From Eledone cirrhosa (taxonomy: Eukaryota): DNA of 64,000 nt. Of this stretch, positions 1 through 13,127 are shown piece by piece (position 1 is the stretch's first letter; each line of letters starts with the position of its first letter). The translations under genes and the position numbers were made by a program. Where the stretch lies: contig OZ024747.1 of assembly GCA_964016885.1 (NCBI GenBank), positions 79,422,001 through 79,486,000 of the forward strand, read 5' to 3'. The notes under the pieces were generated by a model that had not been told where the DNA came from, searched no databases, and worked only from the letters and a program-made list of their open reading frames with translations.

Positions 1-2516
1 GATACCCTGACATACAGATACCCTGACACACAGATACCCTGACATACAGATACCCTGACATACAGATACCCTGAGATACAGATACCCTGGCATACAGATA
101 CCCTGACACACAGATACCCTGACACACAGATACCCTGACACACAGATACCCTGACATACAGATACCCTGACATACAGATACCCTGACATACAGATACCCT
201 GACATACAGATACCCTGATATACAGATACCCTGACATACAGATACCCTGACACACAGATACCCTGACATACAGATACCCTGACATACAGATACCCTGACA
301 TACAGATACCCTGACACACAGATACCCTGACATACAGATACCCTGACATACAGATACCCTGACACACAGATACCCAGACATACAGATACCCTGACACACA
401 GATACCCTGACATACAGATACCCTGACACACAGATACCCTGACATACAGATACCCTGACACACAGATACCCTGACATACAGATACCCTGACATACAGATA
501 CCCTGACATACAGATACCCTGGCATACAGATACCCTGACACACAGATACCCTGACACACAGATACCCTGACACACAGATACCCTGACACACAGATACCCT
601 GACATACAGATACCCTGACATACAGATACCCTGACACACAGATACCCTGACATACAGATACCCTGACATACAGATACCCTGACATACAGATACCCTGACA
701 TACAGATACCCTGACACACAGATACCCTGACATACAGATACCTTGACACACAGATACCCTGACACACAGATACCCTGACATACAGATACCCTGACATACA
801 GATACCCTGACACACAGATACCCTGACATACAGATACCCTGACATACAGATAGCCTGACACACAGATACCCTGACATACAGATACCCTGACATACAGATA
901 CCCTGACACACAGATACCCTGACATACAGATACCCTGACACACAGATACCCTGACATACAGATACCCTGACATACAGATACCCTGACACACAGATACCCT
1001 GACATACAGATACCCTGACACACAGATACCCTGACATACAGATACCCTGACACACAGATACCCTGACATACAGATAGCCTGACACACAGATACCCTGACA
1101 TACAGATACCCTGACACACAGATACCCTGACATACAGATACCCTGACATACAGATACCCTGACATACAGATACCCTGACATACAGATACCCTGACATACA
1201 GATACCCTGACACACAGATACCCTGGCATACAGATACCCTGACATACAGATACCCTGACACACAGATACCCTGACATACAGATACCCTGACATACAGATA
1301 CCCTGACATACAGATACCCTGACACACAGATACCCTGACACACAGATACCCTGACATACAGATACCCTGACATACAGATACCCTGACATACAGATACCCT
1401 GACATACAGATACCCTGACACACAGATACCCTGACATACAGATACCCTGACATACAGATACCCTGACACACAGATACCCTGACATACAGATACCCTGACA
1501 TACAGATACCCTGACATACAGATACCCTGACACACAGATACCCTGACATACAGATACCCTGACACACAGATACCCTGACATACAGATACCCTGACATACA
1601 GATACCCTGACACACAGATACCCTGACATACAGATACCCTGACATACAGATACCCTGACATACAGATACCCTGACACACAGATACCCTGACACACAGATA
1701 CCCTGACATACAGATACCCTGACATACAGATACCCTGACATACAGATACCCTGACATACAGATACCCTGACACACAGATACCCTGACATACAGATACCCT
1801 GACATACAGATACCCTGACACACAGATACCCTGACATACAGATACCCTGACATACAGATACCCTGACATACAGATACCCTGATACACAGATACCCTGACA
1901 TACAGATACCCTGACACACAGATACCCTGACACACAGATACCCTGACATACAGATACCCTGACATACAGATACCCTGACATACAGATACCCTGACACACA
2001 GATACCCTGACATACAGATACCCTGACACACAGATACCCTGACATACAGATACCCTGACATACAGATACCCTGACACACAGATACCCTGACATACAGATA
2101 CCCTGACATACAGATACCCTGACACACAGATACCCTGACATACAGATACCCTGACACACAGATACCCTGACATACAGATACCCTGACACACAGATACCCT
2201 GACATACAGATACCCTGACACACAGATACCCTGACATACAGATACCCTGACACACAGATACCCTGACATACAGATACCCTGACATACAGATACCCTGACA
2301 TACAGATACCCTGACACACAGATACCCTGACATACAGATACCCTGACACACAGATACCCTGACATACAGATACCCTGACACACAGATACCCTGACATACA
2401 GATACCCTGACATACAGATACCCTGACATACAGATACCCTGACACACAGATACCCTGACATACAGATACCCTGACATACAGATACCCTGACATACAGATA
2501 CCCTGACATACAGATA
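1..2516. repeat. 16-bp minisatellite (GATACCCTGACAYACA)n, about 157 units, truncated by the window start
   Basis: Near-perfect tandem 16-mers with a C/T dimorphism and rare other variants. Confidence 0.98.
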
Positions 2517-2524
2517 CATAATTA

Positions 2525-2925
2525 TAATAATAATTGTTTCTACCTTTTGGCACAAGGCCAGCAATCACTCAGTACATTACTGGTACTTTATTTTATCGAC
2601 CCCATATGGATGAAAGGCAAAGTTAACCTCGGCGGGATTTGAACTCAGAATAGCAAGGGCCGTAACTCTATGCTGGAAAGCATGGTGTCCGCCCCTCTCC
2701 CGATACTACCAATCCACCGCCCACATAATAATAATGGTTTCTACTTTAGGCAAAAGACCAACAATTTTGTGGGGAAAGGGAAAGTCGATCAAATCCACCC
2801 CAGTGCAGTACTGGTACTTTATTCTATAACCGCGTAAGGATGAAAGGCAAACCTAACTTTGGCGGGATTTGAACTCAGAACGTAAAGGGCCATAACTTTA
2901 TGCCGCTATACATGTTGTCCGACGT
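2525..2925 (-). mobile_element. Two tandem tRNA-derived SINE copies (family A)
   Basis: Minus strand matches the family consensus GGGCGGTGGATTGGCAGTATCGG (A-box-like) ... GAGTTCAAATCCC (B-box) ... GGCCTTGTGCC...AGAAAC(ATT)n, which recurs many times in the window. Confidence 0.85.
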
Positions 2926-2929
2926 GCAA

Positions 2930-3975
2930 AGGCCTTCGATAAGATTGATCATGGAATATGTCACAAACTACGTAGTCTTGAAAGACAGAAGCCAGACTGT
3001 CGTTGCCAATGGAGCCCTCTCAAAGGAAACCTCAATAACGTGTTGTGTTTCCAAAGGAACTGTTTTGGTGACTACTGTTGTCTGTACTGGTTCTCTCAAA
3101 CATGCCCACGATAGTACAAGCAGCCGCTCTCACTAGTTATGTTGACGACACAAAAGTAACACAGGCAATCAAGAATTCGTTAAATGTTACTCTCGTACAA
3201 TGAGATTTGGATGCCATATACAAATGGCTGAAAGCAACAGTATGGAGTTTAATGCCAGAAATTGTCAAGTCTTCTGTTATCGAGCAGCTATAACAAGTCC
3301 ACCACAAGAAAGTTATACTGGGCCAAGAGGGGTTGAAATCCCTGAGTCAAAATTAGTGTCGGACTTGAGAATTGATATGAGTAACGATGCGCCGTTTCAT
3401 GTACACGTCACCAAGATGGTGGCAATCTGCAGACAATTGGCTGGCTGGATTCTGAGGTCATCAGAACAAGAGACCGAGAAACCATGTTGGTCATCAGGAA
3501 GACATTTTTCCTCAGCCGACTAGACAGATGCTCCTAGTTATGGGTACAACGCACAGTCAAATTAACTGCAGAACTTGAAGCAATCCAACGAAACTACACC
3601 AAGAAGATTACTTCAGTGAAAGAGATGAACGACTTAGAGAGTTTCTAAGAATTAAAACTCTAATCCTGGAGAGAAGATGGGAGAGATACACAGGGATATA
3701 CATATAGAAGATCCTCGAAGGGCCAGCACCAAACTTTGGCATTGAGAGCTGGACCAACACCCGAACAGGGCGTTACTGCTTAGTACCAAAGATCCGAACC
3801 TCGACATCTATAGTAAGGAGCAGATATTGTAATCACTTCGGGATTATGGGTCCCTAGCTTTTCAATATATTGCCAAAATATCTAATAGATCTAATATAAG
3901 GGTGATGTTGATGTTTTCAGAAACGACCCCGTGTTCTGCTAGCTGAGATCCTAGACGAGCTCACAGCACGCCAAA
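2930..3975 (+). mobile_element. Degenerate non-LTR retrotransposon (CR1/L2-like) reverse transcriptase fragment
   Basis: Translations give decayed 'VSKGTVL' (normally VPQGTVLG), YVDDTK at about 3138 and 'NSMEFNARNCQV'; many stops and frameshifts. Confidence 0.75.
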
Positions 3976-3987
3976 TGTTAAACTCGC

Positions 3988-4420
<433 letters not shown>

Positions 4421-4714
4421 ATAGGTTTAACGTTTGAAACGCTACCCTCGAACAAAACTAACTCCAACTAAACCAACACAAGCAACATAACTACTAAACC
4501 AACACAGATGGCAGTTTATTTTATCTATCAGTTTTTGCAATGCAATTCAGGGCAGCAGCGTAAATTTGTCTTCTGCTTTCATAAATAAAAGGAATCAAGC
4601 AAGCAAACAAAATTCCATCCTGACAAATTATTATAACGACTCCGGCTGCTAAACAAGCCGCCGCTGTCTCAGTGTTAATATTTAGAAACACTTCGTTCTC
4701 GCCCGTCGACAAAT

Positions 4715-4813
4715 ATACATCTACATATACATATATATATATGCATAGACACACACACACACACACACACACGCGCGCGCACACACACGCACACACACAC
4801 ACACACACACACA

Positions 4814-4853
<40 letters not shown>

Positions 4854-5007
4854 CACACACACACATATACAAACATATATAAATATGTGTGCATTTGTGT
4901 TAGTATATGTATGTATATGTGTGTATATATATATATATATTTATATATATATTTATATATATATATATACATATATGTGTGTGTTTGTGTTAGTATATGT
5001 ATGTATA

Positions 5008-5089
<82 letters not shown>

Positions 5090-5121
5090 TGTGTGTGTTT
5101 GTGTTAGTATATGTATGTATA

Positions 5122-5170
<49 letters not shown>

Positions 5171-5193
5171 TTGTGTTAGTATATGTATGTATA

Positions 5194-5269
<76 letters not shown>

Positions 5270-5307
5270 TGTGTGTGTTTGTGTTAGTATATGTATGTAT
5301 ATATGTG

Positions 5308-5340
<33 letters not shown>

Positions 5341-5375
5341 TTATATATATATATATGCATATATGCTGATATATA
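4715..5375. repeat. (CA)n/(TA)n microsatellites with 5 tandem copies of GTGTTTGTGTTAGTATATGTATGTATATGTG-(TA)n
   Basis: Seen directly. Confidence 0.93.
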
Positions 5376-5679
5376 AATATACGACTATAAGTGATAGGGT
5401 ATATAAAACCGTCAGTTATGTGTTTCCTTGTGGTTGTTAGCTGGTATAGATGCCTTCTGGTGAATGTCGAACTAGAAAACCGGTTAAGGTTTTTCATCAT
5501 TTTTTTCATTTTACAGAGAAATACGTATATTTGGCATGTTTAATTGTCTATATAGTAAAAATGTGTAAATAAATATACATATATATATATTTACGTAATC
5601 TCAGTTAGCTGTTTGAACAATATCACGAAACCCGGAGGTCATCCCACCTTACTAAGAATGGTCTAGAGGGTGTCCCTAT

Positions 5680-6480
5680 TCACGCAGTCAAAAGATTTGG
5701 TGAGGTCAACAAAAATCTGTTACAAAGCCACGCAATGTTCTAAACATTTCTCCTGCAGCTGGGGAGCCGAGAAGATCATGTCCATTGTGCCCCTGCTCGA
5801 CCTAAAGCCACATTGTGCTTCTGGAATCAGTCGAGGGCAAATCTACTTAGTAAGACTATTAAGGAGAAGTTTTGCAAACACTTTACTCACTGCCTCAAGA
5901 ATGCTTATTCCCCGATAGTTGCCACACACCGACTTTGGCCTCTTTCCCTGGAACAAGGAAACAAGGATCACATCAATCCAGTCTTGAGGAACAGGAGTAG
6001 CCGACCAGATATCAGAAATCAAATAGAAGATCTCCACAGTTATTGTGTCAACCACATGAAGCAAGACCTCGAAAGAAATACCATCAAGACTCGGTACTCC
6101 CAGTATTAATCTTCCCCAGTCTGTTGGACTTCTGCCAGAGTAGAATCATCTGTCATCTCATGATATCCAATTGAGGCAAGTTATTGATGATATCTGCATT
6201 AAATTCGAGGGGTTATGAAAGAGATCTGTAACATTTTCGCTCCAGTGTTCCATTATATTATCCGAGTCTTTGAAAAGGACAGGCCCGTCCTTGGACCATG
6301 GACAGGGATTGAGGGTCAAAGGCCTGATTGATCAGGTGGTACAATACCTTGGAGTCCTTTCGATCACTCGGAATCTGCATTGAAAAATCTGACCACCATT
6401 TATTTTTCATCTGACGGATTCTGCGCTGGAGCAAAGAATTTTCATTCTTGAAGGACTGAAAGCAAAGCAGAACGGTCTTT
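5680..6480 (-). mobile_element. Degenerate RTE-clade LINE ORF fragment (RT N-terminal region)
   Basis: ORF 5843..6064 contains VPQDW...LFQGK...CGNYRGISILEAVSKVFAKLLLN, the typical RT domain 0/1 of RTE LINEs; upstream 'IRQMKNKWWSD'. Confidence 0.8.
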
Positions 6481-6885
6481 ATCCGAAGCACTCAAAAATG
6501 TGTTTATGCCAGGTCAGGTCTCTGCCTGCTACTGGTACCATGTAGCCCAGAATAACCTGTTTCATGGTCGGGTGGTTGGCAACTAAACCGGCACTTCCAC
6601 TAGACCCTGGTATGGTGAGGAGGGTATATGGAAACCCAGCAGCAGAAAAACAAGAGCTATCAAATGGCAGATGAACTCCAGAGTCAACGGTCATCCACCC
6701 CAACTGTAGGTTAAATAACCTCACCAACCTGCAAGTGGCTAAACATGCTGGCTATGGCCACACCCTCTGAAGACGTTAAACTACATGATAATAACACATA
6801 CGAGCCTTGTAACTGTCCTGTTATCTTGCCTTGGTTTGTCACAGGACACATAGCTGTCGGGACGGTGTGGATGTCATATATATAT

Positions 6886-6919
<34 letters not shown>

Positions 6920-7349
6920 CGGTTTAACATCTATCTTTCAACCCTTATATGGGTTGTCATATTATTAGATAATTCAGGTCAGGTGACCATGCTTTGCTCA
7001 TAAGGATCTATATTTTTGGCTTGGTTTCTATGCCTGGGTATCCTTCCTAACACCAACCACGTTACAGTGTGGACTGGGTGCTTTTTTGTGTCACCATCCT
7101 AACTGTCTTATAGGATACATATAAATATATATAATAGTAACAAAGTTATCAATAAAATTAATTAAGATTCAAGCAAACTGACTTCTTCGTTACACATATA
7201 TAGCGAAATCTCGACACATTTTCCCACAATGGTCTTTCTCAGTCTGCCACTCACAACCTCAGAGCCCCATAACTTAGATAACATTCTCTGGTTAAAGGAC
7301 TAACGACGCCAGTTGTTCGCACGCAAAACGAAACTCATATCAACCGACG

Positions 7350-7396
<47 letters not shown>

Positions 7397-7558
7397 TAAC
7401 AGCTTAAAGGTTAAGCAAAGAATCGGTGCTTTCACCCTTAACGGGATAAATCTTTGCTCTAGGGTTATATATTTGATATATATGTATCCTTATCGAGCGC
7501 TCTTTGGATTTTAGTCTTCACATTTATTATTATTATTATATATATACATAATACATAC

Positions 7559-7618
<60 letters not shown>

Positions 7619-8178
7619 TGTCTTGAGCCCGGTTTCCGTGGTGTGAAACGACTGAGTGTACAAGACTTCCCCCATCGCAGGGTTAAACCCCCAGCTATTG
7701 CTGGTTCTCATTTTGAGCTGAGTCTACTGGAGCAACAGTAAAATGAAGTGTTATGCTCAAGAACACAACACACAGCCCAGTGCATTGATGTGTAATGTTC
7801 AGTTACTGGGTTACCAGTTTGAGCACACAATGCTACCGGCGTGGGATTCCACGTTTGCGTCTTCACCAGTTTCGGTATCGGTAACAAGCAGAGTGTTCGT
7901 AATAATAAGAAGCGGGAATGAAGTATCAATATAGTATCAATTGACTAGCTCAAGGTGCGATCGGTAATGATTGAGATTCCACAAGCCTATAGATTCCAGA
8001 GTCGGGCCCGATCACTACCGATCACACCTTGAGCTGACTGATTGTGAAACGCGCGTTACGTGTGAATAAAAAAGAAAAAGATATATTGATATTATATTGA
8101 TACTTAAATTATTCTTTTCCATTTATCGTTTTCTGTACGCCCGGCCGACTAACTCACTTGATATGCAAATTAGGCTGC

Positions 8179-8552
8179 TCAGCCGTTAATATGCATAAGG
8201 AAAGTATATTTCAAACGTTCAATCATCTGACAAGAAGGTATACGATGCTGACGATAACTAATAAGCTTGAAACTAGTACATCGTTCCTGTGTCAGTGTTG
8301 AACAAAAAGGCGACGATGGTTGCCGAACACTGTACGGCGTAATTCGGGCTGTTTGTTTACAAACAAACCGAACATTATAATAAATGTTCGGTAAACCCAT
8401 ACGTACATATATATATATGTGTGCATGTATGTATATATATACATACTACTGTACGTCTATATACATATATGTATGTACGTATATATACTTACATTTAAGT
8501 ATCAGCCGTACTAAGAGTGAGAAATGAAATTTTGTTTCATTCTTTTCCATTT
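8179..8552 (+). mobile_element. Dispersed ~370-bp non-coding element containing a minimal hammerhead motif; inverted copy at 42855..43220
   Basis: The two copies align by eye along their length; both lie next to (TA)n. Confidence 0.8.
8242..8284 (+). ncRNA. Minimal type I hammerhead ribozyme motif
   Basis: acgatg-CTGACGA-taactaataagctt-GAAA-ctag-TA-catcgt: stem I, conserved core, palindromic stem III (ACTAGT), UH site. Confidence 0.72.
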
Positions 8553-8577
8553 ATATTGATACTTTGTTCCCATTTAA

Positions 8578-8667
<90 letters not shown>

Positions 8668-9439
8668 ATATATGTAGGAGGTGAGTTTTATTGTAGTACA
8701 ATAAAGCAATGCAGATATCGGATAAGAAGCACTCTACAGTTTGTAGGACTGGAGTATACATAATATATAAGATCAAAAGATGGTTAAAAGAGTTCCATGT
8801 ATTTTATTATGCGCATTTCAAAAACAAATATCATTCAATAACATTTGTGTTTTCATCAGATAAAATAGGAAGACATGATATGAAGGTTAAAATACACTTG
8901 TGAATAGTGCAGTTTTAAATCAACATATATATATATATATGTGTGTGTAAGTGTCTGTACGTGTGTGTATGCGTGTATATATATGTGTGTGTGTGTGTGT
9001 GTGTCTGTGCACGTGTGTATGTGTGTGTGTGAAAGAAATAAGAAACACAATATTCGTTTAACGGTTTAATGGGTCCAAGGGAGGTTAATCCTGTTATTAA
9101 AGGTGTTTATATGTGTGTCGACATATCGTGGATATTATAAGTTATCGTTACCCCAATGATACAAGTGTAGTAGAACCCTCTCTAGCGTGCAGAATAGAGG
9201 TGCCAACCATCTTGTGGTTCCAGCAGGCAGAATGGAGAAAGCACTTCCCCAGAGAATAATGAAAGAGTCTCGTTGAACTAGATACACGTGGAGCTCACTC
9301 TGCCGGGTGGCTAACTTCGTTACGATAACAGTAAGTAGGGAGATGATAGAGGACCAAGAACACCAGAAGTGCTATAGGTTCAATGTTAATATTATTAACT
9401 ATTTCTGGGGCTGTCATTATGTATCACTATGTATGTATC

Positions 9440-9480
9440 CGGTGTTGTCGAGTTATGGCTAATCCGGAAGTTGTTTTCAT
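9440..9480 (+). promoter_or_regulatory. Putative promoter of the FAAP100-like gene
   Basis: Locally CpG-richer region with ETS-type CCGGAAGT at 9464..9471, just upstream of exon 1. Confidence 0.4.
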
Positions 9481-9559
9481 GCCTTCCGTCTGCTTACGTA
9501 TAGCGGGAACATCAAAATCTCATAACTTACGTGTTTCTATGTTTTGCTGAATTTTCGCA

Positions 9560-9649
9560 ATGAAAACATTGAAGCTGCCCGATAGACATATTACGGTGGC
9601 TTTACACGAACAACATTGGTTGTATGTCTATTCGGGAGGAACACGGCAA
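9560..9649 (+). CDS. FAAP100: FAAP100-like exon 1 (MKTLKLPDRHITVALHEQHWLYVYSGGTRQ)
   Basis: ATG, GTGAGT donor at 9650, phase 0 matches exon 2; LYVYS resembles the FAAP100 N-terminal VYVYD. The start codon is uncertain. Confidence 0.6.
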
Positions 9650-10779
9650 GTGAGTAAATTAAATTTAAATTGAATTATATTCTCTAACTTTCATCTTTAT
9701 AATATAGTTATTTGATACTATATAAGAACCCATTTTCCCTGTTAAAAATTACTTTTAAAATATTACTAGGGCCTTATATGCAAACTTGAGTTAGGCTAGT
9801 GTTTATTTCTTAACCTTAATATTCCCTGTGGAAACTGGGAGGGTATCTTAAATATCCGGGGGTCATACAGTTTATGCCATCAAATACGGTATATTGGCAT
9901 TTTTTAGTTTTCTTCTGGAAATGAGTTTTATATTTGCAATATTACGATCATTTAATCAAAATCTCCATCGGATATAAAAGAAGGCTTATGAATTTTTGCT
10001 GCATCTGTAAAGTTAAATATTAAATGTAATTTGCTTTTATTTATTTATGTTAATAACAATTTCTAAACATGCGTTATAATATGTATACAAAGAAGAGTTC
10101 AGCATTTATTATCATAAGATTAAATAGAAGTATATACATGTAATTATAATCATTTTAGGAACCTTATAAATATAATATATTTATATAATATATATAATTA
10201 AAGCGAAAGAGAAAAAACAAGAACAAAGCCATAAATTTAAGTACGTCAATCGGTCACACACCACAAGGGTCATTGGAAATATTTTGCTGTGAAATTTTGA
10301 CTGTGTCTAAAATAATAGTTGATAGTTGTTCTATCAAGAGTGGTTCTACTTAGACTTGGAAGACGAAAATAAATTCTGTTAGGTGGTTTTTAAATAATTG
10401 TCTGGTATTTAAAAATACGATGAACGAGTAGAATTAAAAAGACAGCAGGGAGACAACACTGTCTTATTCATACTTTCTTGAAATAAGAGTTATTTCCCGC
10501 TTTATCCCCTTCCTTCGCCTAAGTTAAACTGCCATGCTAGGGCAGTGCCTTGATTTCCTCGTTCATATTGACCCCAGTAATTATTGTTTTAAGTTTGGTA
10601 CATATTTTATCAATAGCATTTTTCCGAATGGCTAAGTTACGTGGCATAAAGACATATACAAATGTAATTATAGACACACATACACACATATATATATATA
10701 TACACTGGTCTCTGAGAGACGCAGGACATGGCGGCGATGAAGGATGGAGACCATGGGTGGATCTGATGAATTTTACCCG

Positions 10780-10819
<40 letters not shown>

Positions 10820-10824
<5 letters not shown>

Positions 10825-11040
10825 AAAAAATATGACCCCGACGGCAGAGCTCAAGCCGTTTCGACGGCTATTTCTAGACTAAATTAGAATCTAATTTAGT
10901 CCAGAAATAGCCGTCGAAACGGCTTGAGCTCTGCCGTCGGGGGTCATACTTTTTCCTATTTCCCACTCTACTACTCTAAGTATTGAGTACTCTGGTGCAT
11001 TATGGTCCATCTAGTTCCTTACCATAATTCCTTTGTTATA
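10820..11040 (+). mobile_element. Fold-back element in (TA)n: ~140-bp near-perfect palindrome (10820..10959) plus a unique tail with GTATTGAGTAC
   Basis: Arms are directly visible; a related half-copy lies at about 56245..56292. Confidence 0.8.
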
Positions 11041-11057
11041 TATATATATATATATAT

Positions 11058-11315
11058 AGTGGTAGAACACTGGAAGCTAATATCCGTAGTGGTAGAGCAC
11101 TCAGTCCATGGGACGAGTTAGGTAGAAGTGGTTACACAACAGTTAGTTCACCATACCGAGAACAATTGTTTCACCTTAGCGGATCCTCAGCTCGGAATGG
11201 GCATGATTATAGGTCCTTCCTGTTCCTATAATCATGCCCATTCCGAGCTGAGGATCCGCTAAGGTGAAACAATTGTTCTCGGTATGGTGAACTAACTGTT
11301 GTGTAACCACTTCTA
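11058..11315 (-). mobile_element. Fold-back element in (TA)n with 91-bp perfect arms (11123..11213 / 11225..11315), each carrying a hammerhead motif
   Basis: Perfect inverted repeat; ccgag-CTGAGGA-tccgctaaggt-GAAAC-aatt-GTT-ctcgg at 11243..11282 and its reverse complement at 11156..11195. Confidence 0.85.
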
Positions 11316-11769
11316 TATATATATAGGATAACAATAAATCGTTAAAGGTAATCCGATAAGAGTCTGTGAAAACTACTTATCATGGACAGTTTAAGCGTAC
11401 GGTGCTGTGTGACTCAACAAGAGGTTTATGTTGGTGACGATTTTATGACTTTGCTTGTATTCTTATGTAAATATATCTTGGAATAATAAAAAAGTGAAGA
11501 ATAAGATGGTTTGACTGTAAATAAATATCCTTGTTTGTACTGTCAACTATGTTATTCTGCACTTTTTTATATATATATATATCATTTCATTTTATGTCCG
11601 CTTTTTCCCTGCTTGCAAGGGTGGGACGGGAACTGATTCTGGCTTGATTTCTACAGCTGGATGCCCTTCCTAACACCAACCTCATTTACAGTGAGTGGTG
11701 GGTGCTTTTTTGCCGTGGCACCTCCACGACCAATGATATGGACCCCTGTCCCTATCATCTCATTTCTAC

Positions 11770-11896
11770 AGCTGAGTTAACTGGAGCAATGTGAAATAAA
11801 GTGTCTTGCTCAAGGAAACAACACATCACCCGGTCTGAGAATTGAACTCACAACCTTTTGATTGCAAGGCCAATGCTCTAACCACTAAGCCATGTG

Positions 11897-11897
<1 letters not shown>
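11770..11897 (-). mobile_element. tRNA-derived SINE (family C); related pieces at about 7710, 21935, 39395 and 63920
   Basis: Minus strand reads TGGCTTAGTGGTTAGAGC...GAGTTCAATTC...CCTTGAGCAAGACACTTTATTTCAC (A/B boxes plus a CORE-like segment). Confidence 0.75.
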
Positions 11898-11967
<70 letters not shown>

Positions 11968-11974
11968 ATATCTG

Positions 11975-12136
11975 TAAATGTGGTTGGTGTTAGGAAGGGC
12001 ATCCAACTGTAGAAAACCTGCCAGACAGTCCTATGCGAGCAAGACAATCACTCTTGCCTCAAGTGGGACTACCCCCGTCCAAACCCATGCAAGCGTGGAA
12101 CACAGACGTTAAACGTTGATGATGATGATGATGATG

Positions 12137-12138
<2 letters not shown>
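11975..12138 (+). mobile_element. Short interspersed family B ending in GACGTTAAAC(GAT)n; copies at about 6890, 11580, 17870, 19850, 33360, 33540, 34830, 48640 and 50550
   Basis: Recurrent GGTTGGTGTTAGGAAGGGCATCCA...CAAACCCATGC...(GAT)n tail. Confidence 0.8.
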
Positions 12139-12177
<39 letters not shown>

Positions 12178-12472
12178 TACGCGCCGGGCTTCTGCAGTTT
12201 CCGCCTGCCAGTTAAGTACTGGGGTTGATGAAATCGACATTCCCCTTCCCCAAATTGCTGGCCTTGTACCAATGCTAGAAAGAATTATTCCATCAGTCTC
12301 AGAGACTTGTGTAATAGGAATTTGTTTTAATTTTAAGAGTAGTTTGATTAGAATTTTAAGGTGAAGCTGTACTTTATCCAATTTTATTGACTATTATTTG
12401 TAGTGATAGACTATTATTATGGTCATTTGTGTTGGGATGCACATTTCAAATTATTTTAATTTTATTTTTTAG

Positions 12473-12612
12473 CATATATTTTCTTTTGTGGAAACTGTGG
12501 CTGATTTTTCCCTTGAAGATGCCCCCAACAGCAACCACTGGCTGTTGTGGGTTCTATCAATACCAGGACATCTTTATAGAATCTCTGAACAAACTGTTAC
12601 AAAGTCACCTAA
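12473..12612 (+). CDS. FAAP100: FAAP100-like exon 2 (HIFSFVETVADFSL...LLWVLSIPGHLYRIS...)
   Basis: Polypyrimidine-AG acceptor, GTAAGT donor, phase 2 joins exon 3; resembles FAAP100 FRFPDQV...LLYALC...GLYCLS. Confidence 0.75.
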
Positions 12613-12717
12613 GTAAGTTGCTGCCCTGATTTGTTTTGGCATGTTTTGTTTTTAATTTTAGTCTTAGTTCTTTATGATGATGATACATGTGTATCATCAT
12701 CATTATTTAATGATAAA

Positions 12718-12912
12718 AGGGCAGTGGATTGGCAGTATCGGTAGAGCATCGAACACCATGCTTTGCAGCATAGAGTTGTGGCCCTTTGCGTTCTGAGTTC
12801 AAATCACGCCGAGGTTAGATTTGCATTTCATCCTTATGGGGTCAATAAAATAAAGTATCAGTAACGCACTGGGATAATTGATGGCCTTGTGCCAAAAGTA
12901 GAAACAATTATT
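12718..12912 (+). mobile_element. SINE family A
   Basis: A/B boxes and family consensus. Confidence 0.85.
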
Positions 12913-13127
12913 TAATGATAAAAGGCTAAATTGATGGTGGGATTTGAGCTCAGAGTGCAGAAACCCAGAACAAATACTGCCATAGCATTCTAGTCAACAT
13001 TCTAACGACTTTACCAATTTGCTTCTGTACAAAATAAATCGCATAAACTTAACAAATATTTAAAGTAAAATCAATAATTGTGTTTTTATTCATAAATTGA
13101 TTTAATCTTTCTTCTCTTTTGTAAAAG

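Noticed and set aside
1-2516. Long stop-free frame on the minus strand of the minisatellite
   Set aside because: A trivial consequence of the repeat unit lacking stop codons; no coding evidence
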